A DNA stretch of 64,000 nt from Aureliella sp. (GTDB lineage: Bacteria; Planctomycetota; Planctomycetia; Pirellulales; Pirellulaceae): NCBI GenBank assembly GCA_963691875.1, contig OY829846.1, positions 800,001 through 864,000 on the forward strand, given 5' to 3'. Under the pieces are notes generated by a model that was not told the origin of the DNA, made no database searches, and was given only the letters and a program-made list of their open reading frames with translations. How positions within the stretch are numbered: the stretch's first letter is position 1; every line of letters begins with the position of its first letter. Of the stretch, positions 29,616-39,023 are shown one piece after another. A program made the translations under genes and the position numbers.

Positions 29616-32522
29616 ATGACTGAACAACGACAAATCGAGTTTGACGTAGAAGCCGTTTTGTTGTCAGGTCTGTGCGTCTTTCTTTGGCTCAGCCTGATGA
29701 GCTTTGATGCAGCGGATTCGGTCAGCCCCGTTCCGACGCCTCTGAACTATTTGGTACACATCGATACACAAATCTATCCGGCCAATGAAGAGATTCAAAA
29801 TGCCTGCGGATGGTTTGGTGCCTTCACTGCCATGACTCTCCTGCAAGCCGTTGGTGCCGGCGCTTATCTGATCGTGACTGGGCTCACAGTGCTTGCGATA
29901 TGGATGTTTCGAGTCCAAAGCAACTATGTAAGAGCTTCGAGACAATTTGGCTGGCTCCTGATCACTGTAGCCCTCACCACCTTTGTCGCTCTCAATCGTC
30001 TGCCGCTTCCCAACTCGCCGACGATCGGCCCTGGAGGATACCTTGGGGCGCTAACCGCCACGTGGCTCAATGAGCACTTTGCTTTTCTCGGAAGCCTCAT
30101 CTTAACTTCAGCGGTTCTGTTCGCAGGCCTGTTGCTCAGCACGGACTATGTCGTCGTGCGAGCCCTCGGATGGCTGATTTGGGGAAGTGCTTCTGTTGCA
30201 ACAACCGCTGCTGCTGCAGCCAAAAAACGAGTCGTCATTCCTGGACCAGCAGGCAAACTCACGACGGATGTCGATAAAGGCGTACAGCTGGAAGAAGACG
30301 AACTCTCGATTCGTATCCGTGGACAAAAGTTGGGAGACGAAGAAGAAGCGACTTTCATCCCTGAAAAGTCGAGCGGCTTGGTCGGAGTTCTGGGCAAGGT
30401 GAAAAACACAATACTGCGACCCAACAAAAGCGATGACGAGGAACAAGCTTCCAACGAAGAGCTCGAAGAAGATTTCAGTCACGAAGAGTACTTGGAGCCG
30501 CAGGCCGATTCGGAGCAGAACGAATGCTACGAAGAAGAAGAGCTCGAAGAAGCGGAGGCCGAACACCGTGAATTGGAAAGTGAAGGCGAGACGCTACAGT
30601 TGCGTTCAGACCCCGCACATCTCGAGCAACCGGCCGAACCGCTCAAAGTAAAACGTCGGCAAAAGCCAAGTGCGCCACCGCAGGAAGACCCTTTAGCGCA
30701 CCTCGACGATACGGTTCTACCTCCAGGTTCAGAAGAATACGTACTTCCGGGCGTCGACATGCTGCTCGAAAGCGACGATATCGACTTCGAACATCAAGCG
30801 AACGAAGTACGCCGCAAGGCAAAGATTCTTGAGAAGACCTTCAAGGATTTCGGATTCAACGTTCGAGTTGTCGAGATCGAAACTGGTCCAGTTATCGCGC
30901 AGTACGAAGTCGAATTGGAAGCCGGACTGCGACTTTCAAAGATCACCGGGCTGGCCGACGACTTGGCAATCGCACTTCGTGTTCCTAGCGTTCGTATCGT
31001 CGCTCCAATTCCTGGAAAGAACACGGTCGGCATCGAAGTACCGAATGAAGCACGACAGGTTGTGCGGCTACGTGAAGTCATCGAGGAGCAAGGTTCGAAG
31101 GGTAAGAAGTTCAAGATCCCTCTCTTCCTTGGCAAAGACGTTTCCGGCAACCCGCTCACCGCAGACTTGGCCGCCCTGCCCCACTTGCTGATTGCTGGAC
31201 GGACGGGTACCGGTAAGTCTGTATGCTTGAACTCGATCATCGCTTCGATTCTGATGACGCGGCGGCCTGACGAAGTTAGAATGTTAATGATCGACCCCAA
31301 GATGGTCGAACTTAGTGGCTACGGACGCCTGCCCCACTTGATGCACCCTGTTGTAACAGACATGCGCAAGGCCGAAGCGATTCTTGCCTGGGCGGTGGAC
31401 AAGATGGAAGAACGCTACACCTTGCTGGCAAGAGCAGGGGTACGGCACATCACTAGCTACAACGAACTGGGCCGCGAAGAATTGATCGACCGATTGCGAC
31501 CTGAGACCGACGAAGAAGCCGAGAACATTCCAGATCACCTGCCCTTCATCGTCATTGTGGCTGACGAGATGGCGGACTTGATGATGACGGCTGGCAAAGA
31601 AGTGGAAGCCCACATCATTCGCCTTGCACAGAAAAGTCGTGCGGTTGGAATTCACTTAATCCTGGCAACGCAAAAGCCAACGGTGGATGTCATCACAGGT
31701 TTGATCAAGAGTAACCTACCAGCTCGAATCTCCTTCCAGGTCGCCAGCCGCACCGACAGCCGCGTCGTCCTGGATGAAATGGGTGCTGACAAGCTGCTTG
31801 GCAACGGCGATATGCTGTTCCTGTGGCCTGGTACCAGTATGTTGCTACGCGGCCAAGGCACTTACATGAGCGACGAGGAGATTAACGCGGTCGTTGATCA
31901 CTGCAGCACGGGAGAACAAAATTTCGTAAACGAACTCGTCAACTTGAAGGTGAAAGACGAGGATGGCGAGGAAGTGCCCCCTGGTATCCTCAAAAAACGT
32001 GATGACCTTTACGCGGCCGCAGTCGATGTCGTGGTTCGCGAAGGTCGGGGGAGCTGTTCGCTCTTGCAGCGTGCCCTTGGAATCGGGTACGGACGCGCGG
32101 CTCGATTGATCGACTACATGGCGGAGGATGCAATCGTAGGACAGTACAACGGCTCTCAAGCGCGAGAGGTTTTAATCTCAATCGCGGATTGGGAAGCGAT
32201 GCAGGGCGGCGAGAATGATGAAGCTCCGGCGCCATCGCCCGCACCAAAATCTGCTACCGCCCCGCCTCGCCCTGTGCGCAGCAATAAGATTCGTCCTCAC
32301 GATCCTCCAGCGGCATCAGAATCTGCAGCATCAATCGAGACCGCAAGTCATGCCGCGGAGTTAACCGAAGCGGAAGATGCGCTGCCGTGGGATAATGCAG
32401 ATGCATCAGCTGGCGGAGAAACTGATATCGAGTATGAGGAGGACGAGGTAGAGTACGAAGTGGAATATGAGGAGGGTGAGTACGAGGAAGACGAGGAAGT
32501 TGAATACGAAGATGCCGAGTAG
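29616..32522 (+). CDS. ftsK: DNA translocase FtsK
   Basis: N-terminal 4TM domain, acidic linker, PHLLIAGRTGTGKS Walker A, IDPKMVEL, DEMADLMM, ATQKP, gamma domain LLQRALGIGYGRAARLID. Confidence 0.96.
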   Translation: MTEQRQIEFDVEAVLLSGLCVFLWLSLMSFDAADSVSPVPTPLNYLVHIDTQIYPANEEIQNACGWFGAFTAMTLLQAVGAGAYLIVTGLTVLAIWMFRVQSNYVRASRQFGWLLITVALTTFVALNRLPLPNSPTIGPGGYLGALTATWLNEHFAFLGSLILTSAVLFAGLLLSTDYVVVRALGWLIWGSASVATTAAAAAKKRVVIPGPAGKLTTDVDKGVQLEEDELSIRIRGQKLGDEEEATFIPEKSSGLVGVLGKVKNTILRPNKSDDEEQASNEELEEDFSHEEYLEPQADSEQNECYEEEELEEAEAEHRELESEGETLQLRSDPAHLEQPAEPLKVKRRQKPSAPPQEDPLAHLDDTVLPPGSEEYVLPGVDMLLESDDIDFEHQANEVRRKAKILEKTFKDFGFNVRVVEIETGPVIAQYEVELEAGLRLSKITGLADDLAIALRVPSVRIVAPIPGKNTVGIEVPNEARQVVRLREVIEEQGSKGKKFKIPLFLGKDVSGNPLTADLAALPHLLIAGRTGTGKSVCLNSIIASILMTRRPDEVRMLMIDPKMVELSGYGRLPHLMHPVVTDMRKAEAILAWAVDKMEERYTLLARAGVRHITSYNELGREELIDRLRPETDEEAENIPDHLPFIVIVADEMADLMMTAGKEVEAHIIRLAQKSRAVGIHLILATQKPTVDVITGLIKSNLPARISFQVASRTDSRVVLDEMGADKLLGNGDMLFLWPGTSMLLRGQGTYMSDEEINAVVDHCSTGEQNFVNELVNLKVKDEDGEEVPPGILKKRDDLYAAAVDVVVREGRGSCSLLQRALGIGYGRAARLIDYMAEDAIVGQYNGSQAREVLISIADWEAMQGGENDEAPAPSPAPKSATAPPRPVRSNKIRPHDPPAASESAASIETASHAAELTEAEDALPWDNADASAGGETDIEYEEDEVEYEVEYEEGEYEEDEEVEYEDAE

Positions 32523-32759
32523 CTTCAGTGAGTTGCATTTTGCACAACTGGCAACGAACGCACAACGGAACAGACAGACTGCAGATTATCCCCTCTTGCA
32601 CAGATTCTTTTGACCGTAAAGATTTCACGGGACCGTTCGTAACGGTTGAAAAAGAATTGTTACATTCCGCTGGGCCATTCTCCCTACTTTGAAACATTGA
32701 ATTCCCTAGCTGCATGACTAGTATCAGCACGAACATATTACTTGTTCAGAGTTGGTACT

Positions 32760-34652
32760 ATGGCCGAAAATCGCTCACGAAAGTCTCTAAGTCTCAAGCC
32801 CAATATTGAGTCGCTTGAGCATCGCAAACTTCTTGCCGCCGACCTCCAAGTCGATGTTAGTGTCGACGGGTCTTTTGAACAGCCGGCTTTAGTAGCCACC
32901 GCAGAAAGCACGACGGTACAATACCATCTCACCAATGCTGGGAATGAAGTATTACGTGATGCTCAGGTCCTAAATACGGCAGCGCACGCCGATGTTGATG
33001 TAGCAGCGACGCCCGTGATGCAAGTCGTGGATGTCCTTGGAGCTGGTCGGCGTGGAAATTTACTGACTTCCTTCGATGGATTGAATGCGCGACGCTTACT
33101 GAATCATCCAGATCGTCCGCTGCTGCTGGCAACACTGGAAGGCAGCAATAGCGTCGCAGTGATCAACACTCGAACTCTTCAAGTCGAACAAAACATCCGC
33201 ATCGGATCGCGGCCGACTGGAATGGCGCTGAGTAACGATGGTAACACTTTGTATGTCGCGAACTCTGGAAGTAACTACATCGGTGTGATTGACCTCGAGT
33301 CGATGCAGGCTAAACCTCGCATTTTTGTGAAGAGCCCGCCAACTGACGTGGAAGTCGCCGCTGATGGCAGCTTGTACGTTCTCACCACAGATAGCCTCAG
33401 CAGAATTGCCCCTGAAAGCGGTCGCGAGCTTTGGGACGGCGGTGCAGCTAGCGGTGGCGAGCTAGCAGTCAATGCAACCAAGGATCGTCTTTACTACGCG
33501 GACTACGGAATCGGTCCTGCAAACTTGCGGCAATACGACATTAGTGGAGATACCCCCGTAGAGCTGTGGCGAACACCTGTGGGAAGCACCAGCGGCGCGA
33601 ATGGGCGAGACTTAGCAATCAGTCATGATGGCTCCTTCGTATCCTTTGCTGCTGAAGAGGGGCAAATTGGCGACAGTATTGCACTGTACAGCTCGCCGCA
33701 GATGGCCATCGAAGGTGTTTTTGAGACAGGCTCTGCACCGAAGGAAGTGACATTCAGCCCGGATGACTCAGTTGCGTACACCGTCGACGAGAGCGGTGAC
33801 ATAAAGTCCTGGGAGACAGAGTTCTTTTCACCGTTAGGCTGTTTCGAAGTTGACGACGAGGCTCAGGAGCTTCTTGTTGATCGAACAGGACAGCTCCTGT
33901 TCGCAGCTTTCGAGGACGGTATTCGTGTCTACACTACGGGACGAGGCTACTTTAATGTAGGCGACACTAATCGAAATCTAGACTTCGACCCAGGGGAAAC
34001 CTGGATGTACGAATCCTCGGTCACCCCGGATCTCGACTTGACCAGAGGCCAAATCCAGGCTCATGCTCAGGGGGAAACGGAAGCTGCAATCGATTCGATT
34101 GATTTTCATATGGTAGGCCTCGCGAAGGTCGAAATGTCGGAAAACCTAATCGGGGCGAAGATCGCTGATGTTCCTCACTGGAGTGTGTACGTCGATAATC
34201 CTCGTTTTGAAATGATTGGGCGCGAACTGAAACTAATCGACGGAGTTTATTTAGACTCACCAGCCGACGATGGCCTCAAACTGCCTCTTCGCTCAACTCA
34301 AACGAATGAAATCATTGGTGGCTACCTGATCACCGTCAACGAAAACGACACACCTTTCCAGAATCAAGCTCTGCCGGCTGACGTAAACCTCGATGGCTTG
34401 ATGACACCGGTTGATGCATTCTTCATCATCGACGAGCTGAACAGCAACGGTGCAGGCGAGCTACCAAGACAAGCCTCTGTTACTGGAACTTTTGTCGACA
34501 GCAATGCCGATGGCTTTGTAACGCCCGTCGATGCATTAATCGTCATCAATGCGATTAATGAGAGCAACAGCGCTCCGAGTGGCGAAGCCTTAGCTGATGT
34601 CGATGCCATGTTCGACCTCGAGTGGCTAGAAGAGCTACGCAAGAAAAAGTAG
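32760..34652 (+). CDS. Extracellular protein: planctomycete ESLExRxLLA leader, YVTN/YncE beta-propeller, Ig-like part, cadherin-like part and dockerin-like tail
   Basis: ESLEHRKLLAAD; SNSVAVINT / PTGMALSNDGNTLYVANSGSN repeats; two DVNLDGLMTPVDA / DSNADGFVTPVDAL dockerin repeats. Confidence 0.85.
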   Translation: MAENRSRKSLSLKPNIESLEHRKLLAADLQVDVSVDGSFEQPALVATAESTTVQYHLTNAGNEVLRDAQVLNTAAHADVDVAATPVMQVVDVLGAGRRGNLLTSFDGLNARRLLNHPDRPLLLATLEGSNSVAVINTRTLQVEQNIRIGSRPTGMALSNDGNTLYVANSGSNYIGVIDLESMQAKPRIFVKSPPTDVEVAADGSLYVLTTDSLSRIAPESGRELWDGGAASGGELAVNATKDRLYYADYGIGPANLRQYDISGDTPVELWRTPVGSTSGANGRDLAISHDGSFVSFAAEEGQIGDSIALYSSPQMAIEGVFETGSAPKEVTFSPDDSVAYTVDESGDIKSWETEFFSPLGCFEVDDEAQELLVDRTGQLLFAAFEDGIRVYTTGRGYFNVGDTNRNLDFDPGETWMYESSVTPDLDLTRGQIQAHAQGETEAAIDSIDFHMVGLAKVEMSENLIGAKIADVPHWSVYVDNPRFEMIGRELKLIDGVYLDSPADDGLKLPLRSTQTNEIIGGYLITVNENDTPFQNQALPADVNLDGLMTPVDAFFIIDELNSNGAGELPRQASVTGTFVDSNADGFVTPVDALIVINAINESNSAPSGEALADVDAMFDLEWLEELRKKK

Positions 34653-35135
34653 TAGCTGCTTCCCCAGGGCAAATTACTCCGGTACTCAAATTGCTGATCT
34701 GACGCTCTCAAGTAACGCCCTAGCGAAGCGGCGAATGCAGGATACACGGTTGCCCGCAAGAACTCTTCACAGCGAGCGAGCTATCCTGCCCTCTCATGCT
34801 GCATACACGCGAAGACCATCTCCTCCCGATGGCCCGCCGCCCAATGCTAGCACCCCACCCCACACGCGCAGCCGACATATTGATCGACGCCTTTTCAAGG
34901 GAAATCGTTGATCATTGCCGCTTGGGGGCTACATCTAAATGAATGCAGCCCCTTGATCCCGCGATCCGCATCCTGCCCAAACTTGAGCCAAATACCAAAT
35001 ACCCTTGACCTTTACACCGGGTTTTCACTAACAAAGCTATCTTTGGAACAGATTTCAAGGCAATAAAAGCTTTGGCCTTGTTCGACGTCGACTTGTCAGC
35101 TTTTTGCCCTCCGTTTTGTCTACCAGAGTTCTGGA

Positions 35136-36587
35136 ATGCGGCTACTATCGCTTAGCATCAGTACTTTTATCCTCGGGATCTACCTTGCGCATTCTTTGTA
35201 CGCGCAAGGGACAGTGTTTCCGCCTTCAACCGGCAATGTCCTTCCCAGTACGCCAGGTGCGGCTGCTCCAGCGATGACACCGCTGGCCCCTGCCGGCGGA
35301 TTCTCCACAACTGCCGCGCCGGTATTCGATCCGTATGCATCGACATCAACATTGCCTTCCATCGGCGGTTCGGGAACCATTTTCCCTGGGCCAGCACCGT
35401 CGGTTCTCCCTACAGCTCCCACAAACCCAAGTGTTCTAGGAATCCCCAACTCCTCTGTACTACCCAGCGGCACCTATGCTCCTCCAGGCTACGGAGCACC
35501 GGGTTACACAGCGCCCGGCTACGGAACGCCGATCGGACCTGCACCGATCACCGGAGGTTACGGTGCTCCGGGAATCTACCCCAGCACTCCCAATTCGCTT
35601 TATCCCGGGATGAACCCTGCCTACGGAAACTATCCACAGCAAGGACCGTTTGGAGGCCTCTTCCCGAATAGCTATAACTCGATTTTCGGGCAATCGGGAA
35701 CAGCCGGTCAAGCATCCGCTTGGAATCCGCAAGGCGCGATATTCAATAACGGATTTGGTGTTGGCAACAATACTCCGGGATTCATACGTCTGTTCCAAGG
35801 CCCAAGGTTCCGTCATGGATACGTATACGGAGGCGGTTCCAACAACGCACTTGCCATCAACGACTCGGATCTATCGTTGGCCTTTGCTTTTCCCAATTTT
35901 CTATTCAGTAATCAACCGCTTTATTTGTTGCCATCATTTTCGTTGCACCAGTGGTCAGGCCCCTTCGCACCAAACACGGCAGACCTGCCAGCTGTCGCCT
36001 ACTCGGCTTTTCTCGATACAGGATGGCGTACTGATCCGCAGCGAATCCTCGGCGCGGAACTCGGAGTGCGTGTTGGGATGTTTACAGACTTCAATACCGC
36101 CAATACGGATAGCATAAGAGTCATGGGACGAGGAATTGGTCAACTCCGGTTAACACCTCGAGCATCCCTGAAATTGGGCGTGATCTACCTTGACCGAAAC
36201 CGTTTTAAACTCTTACCTGCTGGCGGATTGGTTTGGCTACCTCGCCCAACAACACGTCTCGACATCTTTTTTCCTGAACCGAAGCTTTCTAACTATGTTG
36301 CGACCTTCGGAGCACTGGATACTTGGCTGTATGCCTCTGCCGAGTATGGCGGCGGAGCTTGGACGATCAAGCGAGCGGACAACAGCAACGATGAGATTGA
36401 CATCAACGATCTGCGCGTTATGGTCGGCTTTGAGTTTGGCCAAAGTGCTGCGATTCAACAAGGACGCCGCAATGCGTTCGTGGAAATTGGCTACGTCTTC
36501 GACCGCGAAATCAGGTATCAGGCGAACCCTATGGACAATCTTTCTCTCGAAGACTCCATTCTTTTTCGGGCCGGCTTCGGCTATTGA
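35136..36587 (+). CDS. Secreted protein with Pro/Gly-rich N-terminus and probable outer-membrane beta-barrel C-terminus
   Basis: Signal peptide, PGY repeats, GVIYLDR..LLPAGGLVW, EYGGGAWTI, terminal aromatic FRAGFGY. Confidence 0.72.
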   Translation: MRLLSLSISTFILGIYLAHSLYAQGTVFPPSTGNVLPSTPGAAAPAMTPLAPAGGFSTTAAPVFDPYASTSTLPSIGGSGTIFPGPAPSVLPTAPTNPSVLGIPNSSVLPSGTYAPPGYGAPGYTAPGYGTPIGPAPITGGYGAPGIYPSTPNSLYPGMNPAYGNYPQQGPFGGLFPNSYNSIFGQSGTAGQASAWNPQGAIFNNGFGVGNNTPGFIRLFQGPRFRHGYVYGGGSNNALAINDSDLSLAFAFPNFLFSNQPLYLLPSFSLHQWSGPFAPNTADLPAVAYSAFLDTGWRTDPQRILGAELGVRVGMFTDFNTANTDSIRVMGRGIGQLRLTPRASLKLGVIYLDRNRFKLLPAGGLVWLPRPTTRLDIFFPEPKLSNYVATFGALDTWLYASAEYGGGAWTIKRADNSNDEIDINDLRVMVGFEFGQSAAIQQGRRNAFVEIGYVFDREIRYQANPMDNLSLEDSILFRAGFGY

Positions 36588-36684
36588 TTCTGAGCAGCGT
36601 ACAATGGTGATCCTGCTGCGTTTCCGCCCCGCTTGGTCGACCAGCTCGGCCAATCGCCTCTCTGATTACCACCTGGATTGAGAT

Positions 36685-37488
36685 TTGTTCGGACTGACGC
36701 CAATTGAGATGCTGCTCCTGTTCATTGCAGCGGCTGGTATCGGCGTATCGAAGAGTGGCTTCGCTGGCGTCAGCATGCTCCACGTGCTGCTTTTCGCCGA
36801 AGTCTTTGGAAGCAAACCCTCGACTGGCGCGTTGCTTCCGATGCTTGTTATCGGTGACATCATTGCGATCTTCTTTTTTGGCAAGAAAGTAGATTGGACG
36901 CAAGTACGCAAGCTCCTGCCGGCATCGATGCTAGGAGTCATGGTAGGTGCTCTGGCGATGAACTATCTCAAGGGCCCCATATTCGATTTCGTAGTAGGGC
37001 TCATTATTCTGGTTCTTGCTAGTATGCAAACTGCTCGGACCGTGCAACCTGGTTTTTTCGACAAGCTACCTCACGAGACTAGCTTCGCATTCACTCTTGG
37101 ATTCTTGGCCGGAGTTGCGACGATGATGGCCAATGCGGCTGGACCGATTGTCGCACTCTATTTGCTCGCGGTAGGAATGCCCAAGTTAGAACTTGTCGCT
37201 TGCAGCGCATGGTTCTTCCTGACGATCAACGTGTTCAAGCTGCCGTTCAGTGCATTCATGGGATTGATCACTGTAAAGACTCTAGCGATCAATGTGCTGT
37301 TCGCGCCTGCAATTCTATTAGGGATCTTGCTCGGTCGATGGATGCTGGATCGTATTCCGCAGAAAGCCTTCAACATCTTGCTACTGGGATTTACCTTGAT
37401 CGCGGCTTTGCGATTGCTCGGAGTGTTCAGTTTCTTCATGAGTCTGATTGGATTATCGGGTGAAGCGAATGAAGTCCCAACACTTTGA
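36685..37488 (+). CDS. Sulfite exporter TauE/SafE family membrane protein
   Basis: GVSKSGFAG, LLPMLVIGD, TMMANAAGP, AWFFLTINVFKLPF; about 8 TM segments. Confidence 0.88.
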   Translation: MFGLTPIEMLLLFIAAAGIGVSKSGFAGVSMLHVLLFAEVFGSKPSTGALLPMLVIGDIIAIFFFGKKVDWTQVRKLLPASMLGVMVGALAMNYLKGPIFDFVVGLIILVLASMQTARTVQPGFFDKLPHETSFAFTLGFLAGVATMMANAAGPIVALYLLAVGMPKLELVACSAWFFLTINVFKLPFSAFMGLITVKTLAINVLFAPAILLGILLGRWMLDRIPQKAFNILLLGFTLIAALRLLGVFSFFMSLIGLSGEANEVPTL

Positions 37489-38998
37489 TCTCGTCGTGCT
37501 CGGCAGCGGTTTCTCTGGCTCGCTGCTGGCTTGGATTGTCGCTCATACGGGCCGTCGCGTTTTGCTAGTCGATCCCGTTCCGCACCCACGATTCGCTATT
37601 GGAGAATCCTCAACGCCCCTGGCTGACTTCCTACTCGAGCAAATTGCGGACGAGTTCAAGTTGCCTGAACTAGCCGAGCTAAGCCGTTGGGGAAGGTGGC
37701 AAGAAAAGCATCCGGAACTTCGTGCTGGGAAGAAACGGGGATTCAGCTACTTTCAACATCACGAAGGGAAAGGGTTCTCTGAAAGTGCTTCGCACGAGAA
37801 CAGCTTGCTGGTTTCGGCTAGTACGAGTGATGAACTCAGCGACACTCATTGGCTACGCAGTGATGTAGACCATTGGTTTTACAAGCACGCCCTCGCGGCG
37901 GGAGCAGTTGCATGCTGCCCAGGAAAGGTAACCGAGATTAGCGGACGCGATCCTTGGCGAATTTCTGTTCACAATTTAGACGAGAGCGGTGAGACTGAAA
38001 CCATAGAACTTGTAGCCAAGCAGATTGTCGACGCCTCAGGTGCAGCTGCGGTGATTCCTCAATCTCTCGGTCTCGCTAGACTCGACGCACAGCTTCAGAC
38101 TCGCAGCGGCGCTATCTTCGGCCACTTCGAAGGTGTCGGAAGCATGGATGCCTGGCTTCGCTCCAACGGCGCTAGCACAGCAAGCGATCCATTCTATTCC
38201 GACGACGCGGCGCAGCATCACGTGCTCGACGATGGCTGGATATGGATGCTACGGTTTGCACACGGCGTTACCTCCGTTGGCCGGGTTTGGCACCGCATGC
38301 CGGAACAACTCTGCAACCAGCCACAACAAACCCTCCAAGATCATTGGAGCACCGAAATCTATCGCTGGCCGACAGTTGAATCGTTGCTTAGTAATGCACA
38401 GTTGATCGCACCCGTGAGTCGAAAGCCACCTGGCTACGAGCAACAACCAGGCTTGCAGATCTCCTCACGGACGAGCCGTCTTTGGAGTGAAGCCGCGGGA
38501 GAAGACTGGATGCTGCTTCCAAGCACCGCCGGGATTATCGATCCACTGCACAGCACCGGCATAGCGCATTCGCTTTGGGGCGTTCGCCAAGTTGCCAGAA
38601 TCCTGCTCGATCACCCGAGTGCGATCTCGAGGCCCAATTACTCGGAATCGACCATCAGTGAAGTAAGGTTGATCGATCGGCTCGTTTCAAGCGCGTACGA
38701 ATCGCAACGCCACGGTTTCGACTTATTCTGCGGCGCCAGCTGTTTGTATTTCATTTGCGCAATCGAGTGCGAATCGCAAATGGCTGCCGGAGGACAACTG
38801 CACGACGGATTCTTGTGCTGGCGAAACAACGAGATCCAAGAGATCGTCAAATGGTTCTCTGATCGGGTAGCCAGCGAATCGATTGCTGGCCAAACCCTTC
38901 TTGATGAGCTTCGCAGGCGCGTTGAACCTTGGAATCCCGCCGGACTGCTCGAGCCAGAGCTAAACAATCGCATCGCTCGCTCGGCTGCGGACAAGTAG
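37469..38998 (+). CDS. Flavin-dependent halogenase-like FAD oxidoreductase (tryptophan halogenase superfamily)
   Basis: GSGFSG, HPRFAIGESSTP, GKKRGFSYF, VDASG, GWIWMLRF, IDPLHSTG; overlaps the TauE gene by 20 nt. Confidence 0.8.
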   Translation: MKSQHFDLVVLGSGFSGSLLAWIVAHTGRRVLLVDPVPHPRFAIGESSTPLADFLLEQIADEFKLPELAELSRWGRWQEKHPELRAGKKRGFSYFQHHEGKGFSESASHENSLLVSASTSDELSDTHWLRSDVDHWFYKHALAAGAVACCPGKVTEISGRDPWRISVHNLDESGETETIELVAKQIVDASGAAAVIPQSLGLARLDAQLQTRSGAIFGHFEGVGSMDAWLRSNGASTASDPFYSDDAAQHHVLDDGWIWMLRFAHGVTSVGRVWHRMPEQLCNQPQQTLQDHWSTEIYRWPTVESLLSNAQLIAPVSRKPPGYEQQPGLQISSRTSRLWSEAAGEDWMLLPSTAGIIDPLHSTGIAHSLWGVRQVARILLDHPSAISRPNYSESTISEVRLIDRLVSSAYESQRHGFDLFCGASCLYFICAIECESQMAAGGQLHDGFLCWRNNEIQEIVKWFSDRVASESIAGQTLLDELRRRVEPWNPAGLLEPELNNRIARSAADK

Positions 38999-39023
38999 AA
39001 AGCCGCTTTTAAACTCTTGAAAC

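Noticed and set aside
35475..35575. Short tandem repeats encoding PGY(G/T)
   Set aside because: Protein-level low-complexity repeats with divergent codons; not a CRISPR array or VNTR.
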